A stretch of DNA of 63,893 nt, filler included, from Pelomyxa schiedti (taxonomy: Eukaryota > Protista > Evosea): NCBI GenBank assembly GCA_020536535.1. It is 5 parts of 5 records of this genome, joined end to end, with 100 filler letters (N's around TTAATTAATTAA, not from the genome) between each part and the next. Parts side by side here need not be neighbours in the genome. Positions count along the whole stretch, not along the records: positions 48,826 to 63,893 come from JAHLWZ010000339.1; 4 more parts are not named here. One strand, written 5' to 3'. Both the position numbers and the translations under genes were made by a program. Of the stretch, positions 50,415-63,245 are shown in pieces; position 1 is the first letter of the stretch, and each line of letters opens with the position of its first letter. The notes under the pieces are model-generated. The model was not told where the DNA came from, did no database searches, and saw only the letters and a program-made list of their open reading frames with translations.

Positions 50415-50999
50415 NNNNNNNNNNNNNNNNNNNNNNNNNNNNNNNNNNNNNNNNNNNNNNNNNNNNNNNNNNNNNNNNNNNNNNNNNNNNNNNNNNNNNN
50501 NNNNNNNNNNNNNNAAGTTGCAGCAGCACACGATCTGGTGACTGGTTGAGAAACATGGTGGTACAAAGGCTGTGTAAAATGCGGGACAAAAGGAGAGACT
50601 CCAAAGTAGCATCGAAATCTTATTCACGGCGGTGCTATCCAGGCACTTTGTTCAGCCTGGTGGGAAAGCTCCCTGAATAAGAAGGTTTAACATGCTTCTT
50701 ATTGTTTTAATTGTCACGTTGCACCATCGTAAGAGCAGTTACGAGACACCAGACAAAAAAAGAAAAAAAAAAAGAAAAAAGAAGACACGAAGTCAGTAAA
50801 GAGTTGGCCGAGGAAAACTGTGAGTACTATGTGTGAATTCTAAACCTATCAACTTACTATGGCATTTTCACAAACCCTGGCGCTTTTTGCTGCGAGGGAC
50901 CGGTGTTATTGCGTGACAACAAAAAAAAAAGTACCCATTTTTAGTGCTAATCAACTTGGTTTTACGTTATGATGGGGTGGGTTTGTTGGAGCTGGGTAG

Positions 51000-53530
51000 C
51001 AATATTCTGCGCTTGAAGCTTGTCAGTGACTTGGTCTTGGCCTGTTTGTTTGTGTTTTGTTTGTGTTTGTGCTCCCGGGAGGATTTGGCACAAGTGGTCA
51101 GTAAAGGTCTTTTGGCCTTTTTCTAATGATACCTCCTAGTTCAAGTGACGTACAAATACCCTGAGGCTGCTCAATTTGTCTGTGAAAAGTTTAACCAAGC
51201 ATCCACCTCAGGCATCAAGCGTCAAATCCTGGTAATCAGTAATGTCACCAAAAGCTTGGAAGGCAGAGGGTGGTGGGATGGAGTAGGGCTGTTCACCATC
51301 GAAGTAGAAGTAGATCCACACTGTCAAGCTCTCTGTGGGTTTGCAGTTGGAGTTTGCCGGTTGGTGTGGTTGGAGGATACCTATGTTCCCCACTGTCTTC
51401 TCACAGTCCTCTTTAAGTACAGAGTTCACCGTTTTTCCATTCAGGGCAGAGATTGCCATGGCGGCTCGCTCAGGCATCAGGTAGGTTACCATTACTAAGC
51501 CGTTGTCAATAGGTGGCTTGGAAATTGGCTTTTAGGTGGGCCTCTTCATTTACCAACTTGGATGCTGTCAGTGTTGCTTCCACACTCTACACTAAAGCGT
51601 GGAATGGAATGGAACTCATTCATCAATGTGTCGTAAACACAGTTCTGCCTTCTGTTTTTTGGTGATGATGTCAAATAACTATCACCCAAGCCTGGAGAAG
51701 GAGGGGAAAAAATACGTTCTCTTGGAGGCACTTTCAGACTTTTGGCCGAGAATTTTGGTTTGTCAGGCACTGCTGGCAGTGATACTGGGGCGGCGTTCAT
51801 GAGACCTTGCCGGCTTTCGTCTCCTCCTGCTGCAAATTCTTTGATTCCTGTTTATAATATTGGTAACTGGGTTAGGCTCTTTACTATCAGTATGTCTTGC
51901 CATAATGACAGTGTTCAGGATTTGCCTGGTTCTGTTTTGATCTGCAGCAAGAATACTATCGATATCTGTATGATAACAAAAACAGAAAAAAACCAGAACC
52001 CGTTAGCCCAATGGAACAAGTGTAATCCATGGGTACACAAACATACCATAGCTTTCACCAATCTCAAACACCTCTGAGTTGAGCTGGAGAACCTGTTCAA
52101 TGGTGCAACGAAGGTTTTGAGGCCCAGAAAATTAATTTATTTTTCTATATGTGTCCTGCTTTTACCAACGATGGTTGCATTTGAGCCCATGAAGTGATCC
52201 AGGGCAGCAATCACATGTAAGACTGAGGAGCCACATGCCTGTTTTTACAAGGCACAATTAAGTTTGGGTCTGAACCATACCCGAAAAATTTGGGCCATAC
52301 CAGGGTTGTATGCTCAAATTTCAGGGTGTTGCACTGAGAGCACTCATAGTCATTCACTCCTGTTAGTATAACTCTCACAGAAGGAATCAATATCAACTGT
52401 TTGATGCCCTCAAATAACTTCTGAATATCCCCCTAAGTGAAAAAAAAAAAAGGTTCTGAGGGACAAAGGGCAGAGTCATTAGTATGTATATCTTTACCTT
52501 TGGGCAGCCATCCATCTTGAACCAGACAAGTACAATTGCTTCTTCTATGGTTCTGAGATGCTGCTTTATACAGTCTATTCCTCTGTTGGATAGCCATTGT
52601 CACAGGGCAATAACAGACAATATAATTAAGAAATGATTATATTATACAGTTGGCGGGACCATACTTCATTGTCATACAACACTCGCAGTAGTTCTGGACA
52701 GGCTGGGTTGTATTTGTCCCCATTTTTGTTCTCTTCTGTAACAAGCATCGCCAAGGGTAGAGTAATGGCTCCAGCTCCACCTTTGTGCATCCATTTTCCT
52801 ATGTATTTCCTGGTGACTGCTTTTTGAGTCAGATCTATAAACCACTCCCAGATTTCACCCATCATGTCCACCTTCTGTGTTCGACGTACTGTCAGTAAGT
52901 TTTTGAATTGTTGAGCCAAGGGATGCTCTGTATTTAAGCAGTATCTGGCTCCCAATTGGCTTGTCGGAGCCTTGGTTTTTTTCACTGCTTTTGCTGTGGA
53001 TGTGGATGCGGAGGTGGATGCGGATGCGGAGGTGGCAGCCTTCCCAGCACGGGGGTCTTCAGAATCGCCGTCGCTGCTTTGCTTCTCTTTGATTCCCCTG
53101 CCGCGGGATTCGCTTCGGCCTCTCGACCTGCGTCGTCCACTCGACCTGCTGACTTCCGGGTTGTAGTCCGAATCGGTGTCGTCGTCGTCCTCCTCCTCCT
53201 CCTGCTCCTCCTCGCTTTCTGTTTCCTTGCCTCTCTCACTGTCCATGCTCCGGTCCGTCTCTGTGTCCGCATCGCTCCTACCTCTCCCGTAGTCCCTGCT
53301 CTCATTGGTTCCAGGATCTTCGTTCAATTTTTTTACTGTATGTCGTGGGGCCTGCACCCTTTTACTGGCAGGGACTACAGGAGAGGTAGGAGCGACGCAG
53401 ACACAGAGACGGACCGGAGCATGGACAGCAAGAGAGGCAAGGAAACAGAAAGCGAGGAGGCCGACAAAGCACCTCGGCACCTGCCAGCCTCCTCAGTGGC
53501 TCATTTTGGTTTTTGGCTTCTTGTTGTAGT
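51000..53530 (-). pseudogene. Decayed intron-containing gene with acidic N-terminus and C-terminal RRM-like segment (ends approximate)
   Basis: GT-AG-bounded exons with premature TGA; VTYLMPERAAMAISALNGKTV and FQAFGDI resemble RRM motifs. Confidence 0.4.
53207..53460. repeat. Inverted repeat, 93-bp arms, 68-bp spacer, 5 mismatches
   Basis: 53207-53299 versus the reverse complement of 53368-53460; the peptide RDY.RGRSDADTETDRSMDS.RGKETESEE appears on both strands. Confidence 0.95.
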
Positions 53531-54757
53531 CGCAGTTTTCCAAATTTTGGTATCAGAAGGGGTTGAACAACAGTCGTTGATGTGTCTGCACCTACCTCTC
53601 TGATACACACGGCTCATAAGGCCCCTTTCCCTGAAATCCTACAACAAAATAAAATAAAACACGAAGGTGATGCGCGGCTGTCGTTTGTCGGTGGGGCTCT
53701 GGTGCGTGCGGTGGTGCATGGCGTGCGGCCGGTTCCGCAGCCGTTTTACCATGTGACTGCTGTTGTGATCTCCGCGGTTGCTGTACTGTTTGTGTGGCAA
53801 TTTGCCATTCATTCGTGCGCGTCCGTCGTAAGCTATTTTTCCCCTCGTTAACCTTGGGTTTGGACAGTAAATTAATTTATTAACTAATTAATTTACTACG
53901 AAATACTAATCGTAACACAGTGGGGACTTACTCGTTCTGATCCGGTTACACTTGCTCTTTGAGGTGTGCTTTCCGCTCCTTGTGAGGCTATTTTCTTTTC
54001 TTTGGTGGGTCCGTTTTTTCTTGGTCTGCTACGCGTTGGAGCCATGCTTGCCACAGTGAAGGTAGGTTTTCCCCAAGTTCTCACTAGCTTCTAACAAAAT
54101 GACAGATATGAACCCTGCTAAGTGGAATTGGTCCAGTAGTATTTTCGAATGCTACTGCCCTCTCCCAATACCACACCACCACAACTATGGTCTACCACCG
54201 CGTTTGTACCGTAGTTACACTTAAGAAACAGCATTTGTTACTTTTTACTTTTTTTTTAAACAAAAAGGCCTAGGCGTCTTAACCTGAGGACGGGAAGCAG
54301 AATACTTGGTGGAGCAGGCTGTGGTACTCACACTTTAGTGGTATTGCTGCACCTGGAATAATAACAAAAATAATTCTTCCTGATAGACACTATCACACAC
54401 AACACTCAAATGGGAATGAGGGTCTTATCACAGGTCCCTCCCCAGTGCAGCGCGTACCAGAGCCCCACCGACAAACGACAGCCGCGCATCGCCTTCGTGT
54501 TTTATTTTATTTTTGGGACTTGTACAAGCGGAAGGAACTAAATCGGGCTAAGGAAGTACAACGACATCAACCATCTGCTGATGTGATGAGACCAGACCCA
54601 AGCCCTTTTATACCAACCAACCAACGTTGTTTCATTTTGCGAATCTTTAATACAAACAAAGATTAAGTGTCGACACTGTCAGCACTCAAAACACCCCAAC
54701 CACTTTCTTTAACCTTGACTCTACACGAAAGGCCCCAGCTTTGTGGCGTGGAGATTA

Positions 54758-56125
54758 TGGCAACATCAGAGCCGACTAACGACGCAACGCCACAGACTGG
54801 CCTTTCTGGGGGCTCCGCCCGGAATGATAAACTACCAGATCCTCAAGTTCCTAATGACACGGCTGCGTCGTCGACGACAACGACCGCTACGTCAAGCGCT
54901 GCCGCGACCGCCGAGACTAAGCCTAGTACGACATCCACTACGGCGACCACAGCTACGACGTCCACTACGCCAAGCCATGCTGTGACCGCCAAGGCTAAAA
55001 CTAGTTCGCCTCCATCTGTATCACGATCACCTTCGCGTTCTGCGTCTGTACACGGCCTCGAGGCTAATGATAATGCTAACGCTGACGCTGGGAGTGGGAC
55101 TGAAGAGGACGAGTTCATCAACAACTACGATGAGTCCGAGTCGCCACCACCGAGACAACGTAAGCCGCGTAAGTTTGCTGCAAAGAAAGGTTCTCCTCCA
55201 CATAGTGTATCTCCTCCACCAAAACGCTCTACACGTAAGAAACCAAAACCTAAGACACAAACCGCTAAGTGCAAAGAGAAGCCTCGACACCCAGACAAAT
55301 GGGATGGCACAGGCAATGCAAGGCAATGGATCAACCAGCTCGAGTTATACCAAGAGCTGTGGGGATATTCTGACTCTGTACTTATACGCGAAGCTTGCTC
55401 AGCTCTTACGGGCAACGCTCTAGACTGGGTCAAGCCTGGCATCTCCAAGATGAAGAGTTGGGTTGACTTCAAGAAGGTATTCCTCAACCGCTTCAGTGCT
55501 GACACAGAGGAAACTGACCTGGCGAGACTTATGACTCTAACTCAACAACCTAACGAAACTATAACACAATTCTGGGGACGAGTCAACGATCAACCTGCTG
55601 GTTCTAACGACCAAACAATACTAAGACTTCTAGTGTTCAAGAAAGGCATGAAGGCGCCTGTGAGGCACAAGTATATTGGCGTACCTGGAATTACTACTAT
55701 GGACCAAGCTAGAACTATTGCCGTGGAGCTGGAGAGAGCTTGTGAGGAGGAAGAAAAGAGCACTGACGTTGATGATATTACCACAAAGTACCAGAAACTG
55801 TCCGCATCTCATGACAAGATGGCCGCGGAACTTGCGAAGTCAAGGGATGCTCTCAAAGCTAATAGTTCTGCCGCAATACAATGTTACATCTGTCACCAAC
55901 AAGGACATACCACTAGAAATTGCCCTCACCGACCACCACCTCAAGTGGACATGATAACAACCGCCGTTTTCTGTGTTACCCGGCTGTAAGAACCCGGTAC
56001 CTTATAATCCTTTGTACAAGTACAAGTTTTGCTGCAAGGAGCATCGGCTTCAAGCCACCGCACCAACGCCGCATTTAAACTCCAAACCCGCGCAGTCAGG
56101 CTCAGCTGCCGCGGGAGGACACTAA
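54758..56125 (+). CDS. gag: Gag (capsid-like, CCHC zinc knuckle; frameshifted 3' tail)
   Basis: WDGTGNARQWINQLE, LTGNALDWV, SWVDFKKVFLNRF, QQPNETI, CYICHQQGHTTRNC; tail ends HLNSK...GGH*. Confidence 0.88.
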
Positions 56126-56214
56126 GGAGAAAGCGAGGGGAAAAAATATAATGTTATGTTTTCTTCCACTTTCTTTACAAAAGTCACAATAGAAGACGGA
56201 AGTCACGACGATGG

Positions 56215-59200
56215 ATGGCGAGGAACGTGAAGTACCTGAGAAGCAAAGGCATCAAGGCAAGTATCAAAGTAACGCTTCCGCAAGGCATTGAAGTACAAGC
56301 CAAGATCGACACGGGAGCTGATGTAACATTAATGGACGAGGAATACTTCAAAGGCTTGGACATACCACTAAGACCTGGATTCCTCAAGTTGAACCTAGCC
56401 GCTGGAGACAGGTGTGGCAGATGTGCCAATGCGTGTACAAGGCCATGTGAGGGAGGCAAGAGTATACGTAGTGAGGGAGTTGAACTACCCAGTGATAGTG
56501 GGGATAGATACTCTTTCTCGTTGGGGAGCAGTAATTGATTGTAGTTGTGGAAGACTGAAACTGCGTGGAATACCCACTATGCAGTTGGACTTGGGTGGTG
56601 ATACTCAGGTCATGAATATCACAGCTACTGGGGGTAGAATTCCTGCTCGTAGTCATGCCTGTATCAGGATCAAGGCGTACAAGTTCCAGCCAGGAGATGA
56701 AGTACTCGTGGAACCAAAGAGCGACGACAAAACACTGCGAAATGCGGCGAGTGTTAGTAAAGTTGATGAAACGGGTCACATACCAGTTATGGTCTCGAAT
56801 CCTAGTCGGAAGTCTTGCAGACTCAGACCCAACACCTGTATGTATGAAGTTACGCTGATGAGTAAAGATCAGTTGGTAACCTGTGTGGGAAGTGTCGGGA
56901 TTAAGGAGAACGCAGGAAAGAAGGAGACACACCTGGTACAAAGACATGTGAGACCCAAAGATGTACCTGGAGATATGAACCTGAAGTGGGAACTCATTTC
57001 ACAAGTCAAGGTGGATGAATTACCTCCACAGCAATAGAGAATCGTTAAAGCGGTTCTGACGAAGCATATTAATGGATGCAGTGACGGAAAAGTAACGGGA
57101 CATACTACAATGGTGCAACATCCTATTGACACGGGAAATGCAATGCCCATAGCACTACCAATGTACCGGAAAGCACCGGCACAGCAAGAGCTAGTCGAGA
57201 AAGAAGTTAGCAAGATGTTGGAACAAGGAGTCATCAAACCATCACTAAGCCCATGGGCAGCACCAGTTGTACTAGTCAAGAAACCAGATGGAAGCATGCG
57301 GTTCTGTATTGACTATCGAGCATTGAACTCTGTGACAACCAAGATGGCTTATCCTATGCCAAGGATAGACGAGATGCTAGACAATCTTGGCGGGAACACT
57401 CTGTTCACAGGGTTAGATTTAAAGTCAGGATATTGGCAAGTAGACCTCACTGATGATGCCAAAGCCAAGTCCGCTTTCAGAACTAGATCAGGGTTGTACC
57501 AATTCCAAGTTATGCCCTTTGGGTTGGTCAACGCCCCAGCAACGTTTCAGAAGTTGATGGATGTAGTCCTAGCCGGATTCATGCCACTTCATGCTATGGT
57601 TTACATCGACGATGTAGTAATATTCTCGCGAGGATCCTTTGAAGATCTAACCAAGGCACCACTACTGCATTACCCGGACTGGAACAAAGAGTTCAGACTC
57701 GAAACTGATGCCTCTGACAATGTCCTAGCAGCAACGTTAACCCAATTGGATGCAGAAGGGAAAGTAGTACCGATTGTGTATCTCAGTCGACGCATGAAGG
57801 ACGCAGAGACAAGATATCACATTACGGAGAAGGAAGCACTAGCAGCTGTTTGGGCTGTAGAGAAGTTAGAGTGTTATCTATGGGGAAAACATTTTACCTT
57901 GTTGACTGACGCGACCGCAGTAGCTAGAATGCAGACGGCAGAAGGCAAGTCCAGAATGAGCCGTTGGGCATTGACCTTACAAGAGTATGACTATACCATC
58001 GAACATAGACCTGGGAACACCAACATCTCTGATGGTCTAACGAGGGTAAGTCATGAGGAAGAACCTATGAAAGATACAAGGCAACAGTACATACCACATG
58101 GTCATGTAGCACCTGTACATGCAGAGGAAGAACTGCCGGACTTCACACAGGCACAGAAAGAAGACAAGAACTATGCGGATGTGTGGAAAGCTTGCATTGG
58201 TGAGAGCCTTGAGCACTTATCACCAGAGAAGCTAGCCGAAATCGAAGCCAAGAGTGCGTGGTATACTATTGAGGACAACAAGCTCTACCACTTGGAGAAA
58301 CCTGTGAAGAATAAGAAGGCCGCGCGGAACAAGAAACTCTGTGTACCTGAGCCATGGAAGACAAATATCCTAAGCCACTACCATGATTATGTCCAAGGAG
58401 GAGGTCACTTTGGTAACTTCAAAACCTTCACTTCAGTAGTACGCAAGTATTGGTGGCCAAAGATGTATGAAGACATCCAAGAGTGGGTAGCAACCTGTCC
58501 AGTATGTCAGCAATATCGGAAAGCAGTACCAGGATACATACCAAAGTCCATCTTCGCCAAGTACCCAAACGACATTGTTGCCATGGATCTATGGGGACCA
58601 AGTCCACAGTCGAAAAAGGGTAGAACAATGGGACTTGTAATGGTAGACCTCTACAGTAAAGTAGTACGCCTGAAGGCACTGAAAGATCAGTCCGCAGAGA
58701 CAGTAGTGAAAGCCATTGAGAAGATATGGATTACCAAGCAAGGATGTCCTCGTCAGCTAAGGAGTGATAGAGGAACGAACTTCATATCCCAAGTGAATGC
58801 TGAGTTCTGCAGAGCGTGGAACATCAAGCAAGATGTAGTAACTGCATGGCACCCGGAAAGTAATGGCGCTGCAGAGAACGCAGTCAAGACATTGAAGGCC
58901 AGCATAATGAAGTATTGCACCGGCAAACCGCAAACATGGGATGAGAACCTACATTGGATTGAGATGGATATTAATACAAGTGTGTCTGCACTTACAGGAG
59001 AGACTCCATTCTTTGTTGAGCACGGACGAGAAGCAAGTCTTCTTATTGACTTAGAGACTGGAGCAAGTGGGGCTGAGACACCTACGAACTACATGAGACA
59101 ACTCCTGCAGGAGAAGGAAGGAATCAGAGACTTGATACGAGAGCAACAGACTGCAGAGAAGGCAAGGCAAAACATAGCCATGAAGCGGAAGATGAAGAAA

Positions 59201-60182
59201 CTAGCTGATCAACCAGATATCGGAACAAGAGTTCTGCTGAAGGCACCACCTAGTAAGGGAGGTCAGGCAGGAAAGCCTAAGTGGAATGGACCATACCGCA
59301 TGGTGGGAGCGCCAACAGAACTAACCAGAACCCTGGATTGGGCCAAAGTCATCTATGGAACGTACAGTGCATGTTGCAAGGTTGAAGGTGTATCGGGAAG
59401 GAAACCTGAGAAAGGAACCTACAACACCACAGTATCCACAAGAACAAATCTTGTACCAACGCATTGGGGTACATGGGCTAGAGTATAAAGTCAAGCTCCA
59501 AGGACATGCTCGCTCTGAAGCCCAGTGGATACTCAAGGATGCAGTGGATCCAGCACTGTTGGAAGTGTGGGAAAGGACTGAGAACGCCAAGATCCAAAAG
59601 GCCAAGAAGCAACCAGCTCCACCTTTGGTTGTTGGAAAACCACCGCCAAGGAAGCGAGGGAGGCCAAGAAAGTATTTTGATAGCTTGGATGAAGTACCTG
59701 CACAACCAACGAAGTCAGTATCACAGCAAGGAGCAAAGACACAACCGGCAATCGCAAAGAGTGCTGCTCCAAGTCAGGCAACATTGCAGGAAGCAACACC
59801 ATCGGTTCAACTAGCTGTAACACCTGAACCACAGCCAGTAGTATTACCACCAGACTTCTTTGGTCCGGATGTACCCATTGAGTTGCCAATAGAACCAGAC
59901 ATACCAGCTGTGACACCTGTAGAGACAGTCAGGAGCAATGACAAGGGAAGTCAAGAAGAGCCCAAGAAGCATTATAAATCAGTCAAGGACACATCTCTGC
60001 CCTGGCCTGGCTCTAAGTCGAAAGCCAAAGCGGCCGAGAAACCAAGTCAAGGCAGGCCAGTAAATATATTGCCATCGAAACCTGTGGGGAGCACAGTTGG
60101 ACAATCGCCGAGCAAGAGTCAAGGCGTACCATACCAGAAAGTGTTCTCCCAAGGAAGTTCACCAAGTATCACGAGTCAATAA
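56215..60182 (+). pseudogene. pol: Pol (PR, RT, RH, IN, chromodomain, AT-hook) with frameshifts, a stop and an RT deletion
   Basis: Frameshifts near 56410 and 59345, TAG at 57035-57037, and the RT segment between GSFED and LTKAP is missing. Confidence 0.9.
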
Positions 60183-63100
60183 AGAAGACTGTTGTGACAT
60201 CACCGCAACACCCACCACCTGTGGTGAGAAAGGTGAGGAGTCATATAGTAGAAATAACGTACAAGAGACCGCGTGGAGACTCACTTGAGGCAAGGCCAAG
60301 GTCATACGCGCGGACATCAGAAACGCAACTAGCCATACCACCTGTCCAAGGCCCTGTAACTAGCACTACAACCACCACGAGTCAACGCGTCGTCGAGGGC
60401 GACTCCGCTAAGAAGGGGGGAGGTTTGACGGTGAACATGCCGTTTGTTGTCCATCTCCAGTATGGAGTATGGGTCCATATCTAGTGTAATAACGAGTTAG
60501 AACACAACACCGGTTTGTGTACAGACTCAATGTGACAGCCAGTGTAGCATCTCCTCGTTGTTGATGGACTCGGCCTCTTCAGTCCCTCTTTCAGCAGTAT
60601 TGTCAGAAGTGCGGGTACAGCAAAGGTGAAGTGATAATGATGGGGGAGGAACTTGTCTGAACCGTGGCCGGTGTGTGGTCACGTCCACGTTGAGCGCTAC
60701 TTCCACGACACCCCTCCTTTTACGCGCACCACCACGACACGACGACAGTCATTGGGTGACTGATGCACAAATACCCAAGATCACCTCACCAGGTGAGTGT
60801 TTGAGGCACTGGTCAGGTCCTGGCATGTGGGAAAGGTTGTATCCATGGAGGACCAAGCTTTTGGGAACATGGAGACAGGCAGAAGAGAGCAACGCAAATA
60901 GCATGGTGGCCCTCTTCTCCTCTGAGGAGGCAACCTGGCAGGTTGTCTCCAACGATGAAATTTGATATGGGATCCCCCCCAGGAAGGTTCAAATGCCCTT
61001 GTGTGTAATCAGGGTTAAGAGTTCCCCATGAGAGCAAAGGAGTTACCTGCTTGGAGAGAGGCCACCGGCGAATAGCAAGGATTGACCTCATGGCAATAGA
61101 GATATGTTGAGTCAGCAGCCAGGGGGAACACCAAAATCTTGGCGATAGAGAAATCGGGGATAAACCAGCAGGAAGAATGCAGAGATTGATGCAAGATTTG
61201 CTGGCAAGAAAGTCAAATTGTGCAGCACAATCCTGAGATGGAAACCTGATTGTAGAGCTATCAATCAAGCAGTACGCGGAGGCGACGTACAATTGCCGGA
61301 ATGATATGAAAGGTAAATAATGAGGGCAACAGTTGGTAGCTTCAGCCATTATCCACATCAACATACATTGGCAAAAGGACAACAAGTTGGATCATTGATT
61401 TCAAAACAAGAGAGCAACACCTAAAATCAGATTAGAAGAATACAATCGACACAGTGTACCCATATTTGGGGGATACTTGGCTGAGAGAACCTGAAGCCCA
61501 AAGCGATCGTGCTGTAAAGCCACCAAGCTGGCTGAGAGTAGGTGGGGGAAGACCCCCCTGCCCCAGGGCAAATGCCAATAACAAGAAAAAAAAAGACTTT
61601 GGATGCCTGTGTCTGTGTGGAAAGGGAGTGTGAGAGTCAAACATAAATGAAATTGTGAGTTGGGAAATATTCACCTTGTTGTCCGCACCCAAAATGCCAT
61701 GGGTTGGGAATTTCCAAAAGGTGAAGAGGAAGAGAGGAGGGGATGATGGCAAGTGGAAGGAACAGTGAACCACAAGTAGTACGCGCACGAAAGCGTCCCC
61801 TTCCTTATCCAAACTTTTCGTTTTTGGCGGATCTCTGGCGGTTTCGGTAGCCCCCGCCACAAGCCGCTTCCCCCCACACTCTTTCCTTCCTTCCCCTTTT
61901 TCTGGTTCAGTGTCACCACACAACCTGGCCTTTTTTTTGTGGTTGGGAAGGTGAGTGAGTGGAGATCATCATCGTCATCATCATACTTTGCGTTGCTGGT
62001 GGCCAAAGCCATGGCAAATGTGCAATGTGCACAGATATCAGCAAGCAGAGTCTGATCAAGGTCACACAAAGTGGAAAAAAGAAAGGAAAAATAACCCATG
62101 GGATTTTATTGCTGCTTCTCTCCGTATCCTCTCCCCCTCTTTTCTTCCACTGAGTGCAATTTTTTTTGGATCTATGTGCGTTTAAATGCTTTATATTATA
62201 ACGGAAGGCAAAGACCTTGGTGATGATTTCGGAAATGACCTGGAAGTGCTGAGGGCTCCTGATGTTGCTGACTCACAACCAAAACATCGCTGCTGACTCG
62301 CTCACAGCCTCACCTTATCCCCAGTGATGCCACTGTATCCGATGTTGTTGTGTTGCACAAACCTCGCCAACCTCGCTCCCAACGTTGCCTTTGCACTCTT
62401 TACGTTGTAAGTAGAGCGGGAACGCTGCTGGGCAGTATGGCGAAGGAACCAAGAGGCAGGATTGGAGTGTGAGATAGAGGGAGAGGTGTGGTCTGGTGTT
62501 TGCTCAATCCGGCAGTGATGGTACCTATTATTTGCTGAGTGGGTTGATTGTAAAAAGAGAGGATGCGAGAACAAGTCAAACACTAAATATGGTAAAAATT
62601 GGTAGCAATTACAACAAAAACCAACAACAAAGAAAAAGTTAAAAACACATGGACAACATGCAAAGCCAAAGAGGAAGGAATCGCGGGAAAAAAAAACAAC
62701 AAACCCTTGTTTCTCCTGTCTGTGTGTACCCCACCACGTGCCGCCTTTTTTTTTTTTTTTTGCATTTTGTGTGGAAAACTTTTTTTCGGAATAAAATAAT
62801 CAAAGGACCGCGCTATTTTGTTTTTTTGAAGTCAAACACGACGCCAGAGGACAACCGAATTAATGGCGTGTCCCAGAGCAAAGAGTGCGCTCACGGTACT
62901 TAGTCGCAATGGTGGCTGAGCCACCTTGGGTTTTTCTCAACTTGAGGACTCCTCTGACTTGGAGTAGTAGTGCGTAGCCGGCCCCCCCGCATCGGTGTCG
63001 CCACGCTCCCTCCCTTCTGTATTTCCTTTTTCTTTCTTTTTTACTCGCAGTAGCTTGGTTGAAATTGGACCAGCGGTCACCCTTTATGGCTGATCGCAGT

Positions 63101-63245
63101 GTGGTGCGCTTCCCTTTTCCCCCTTTTTACCTTTTTCCCCCTTTTNNNNNNNNNNNNNNNNNNNNNNNNNNNNNNNNNNNNNNNNNNNNNNNNNNNNNNN
63201 NNNNNNNNNNNNNNNNNNNNNNNNNNNNNNNNNNNNNNNNNNNNN

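Larger units (their letters stand above)
54307..60423 (+). mobile_element. Near full-length internal region of a defective chromodomain-bearing Ty3/Gypsy retrotransposon
   Basis: Candidate PBS TGGTGGAG at 54307, gag, protease IDTGAD, RT YIDD, RNase H ETDAS, integrase HHCC/DDE/GPY, chromodomain, PPT AAGAAGGGGGGAGG at 60410-60423. Confidence 0.95.

Noticed and set aside
60675-61400. Possible RRM-like pseudogene downstream of the PPT
   Set aside because: Multiple stops in every plus frame and only a vague motif; not supportable without a profile search.
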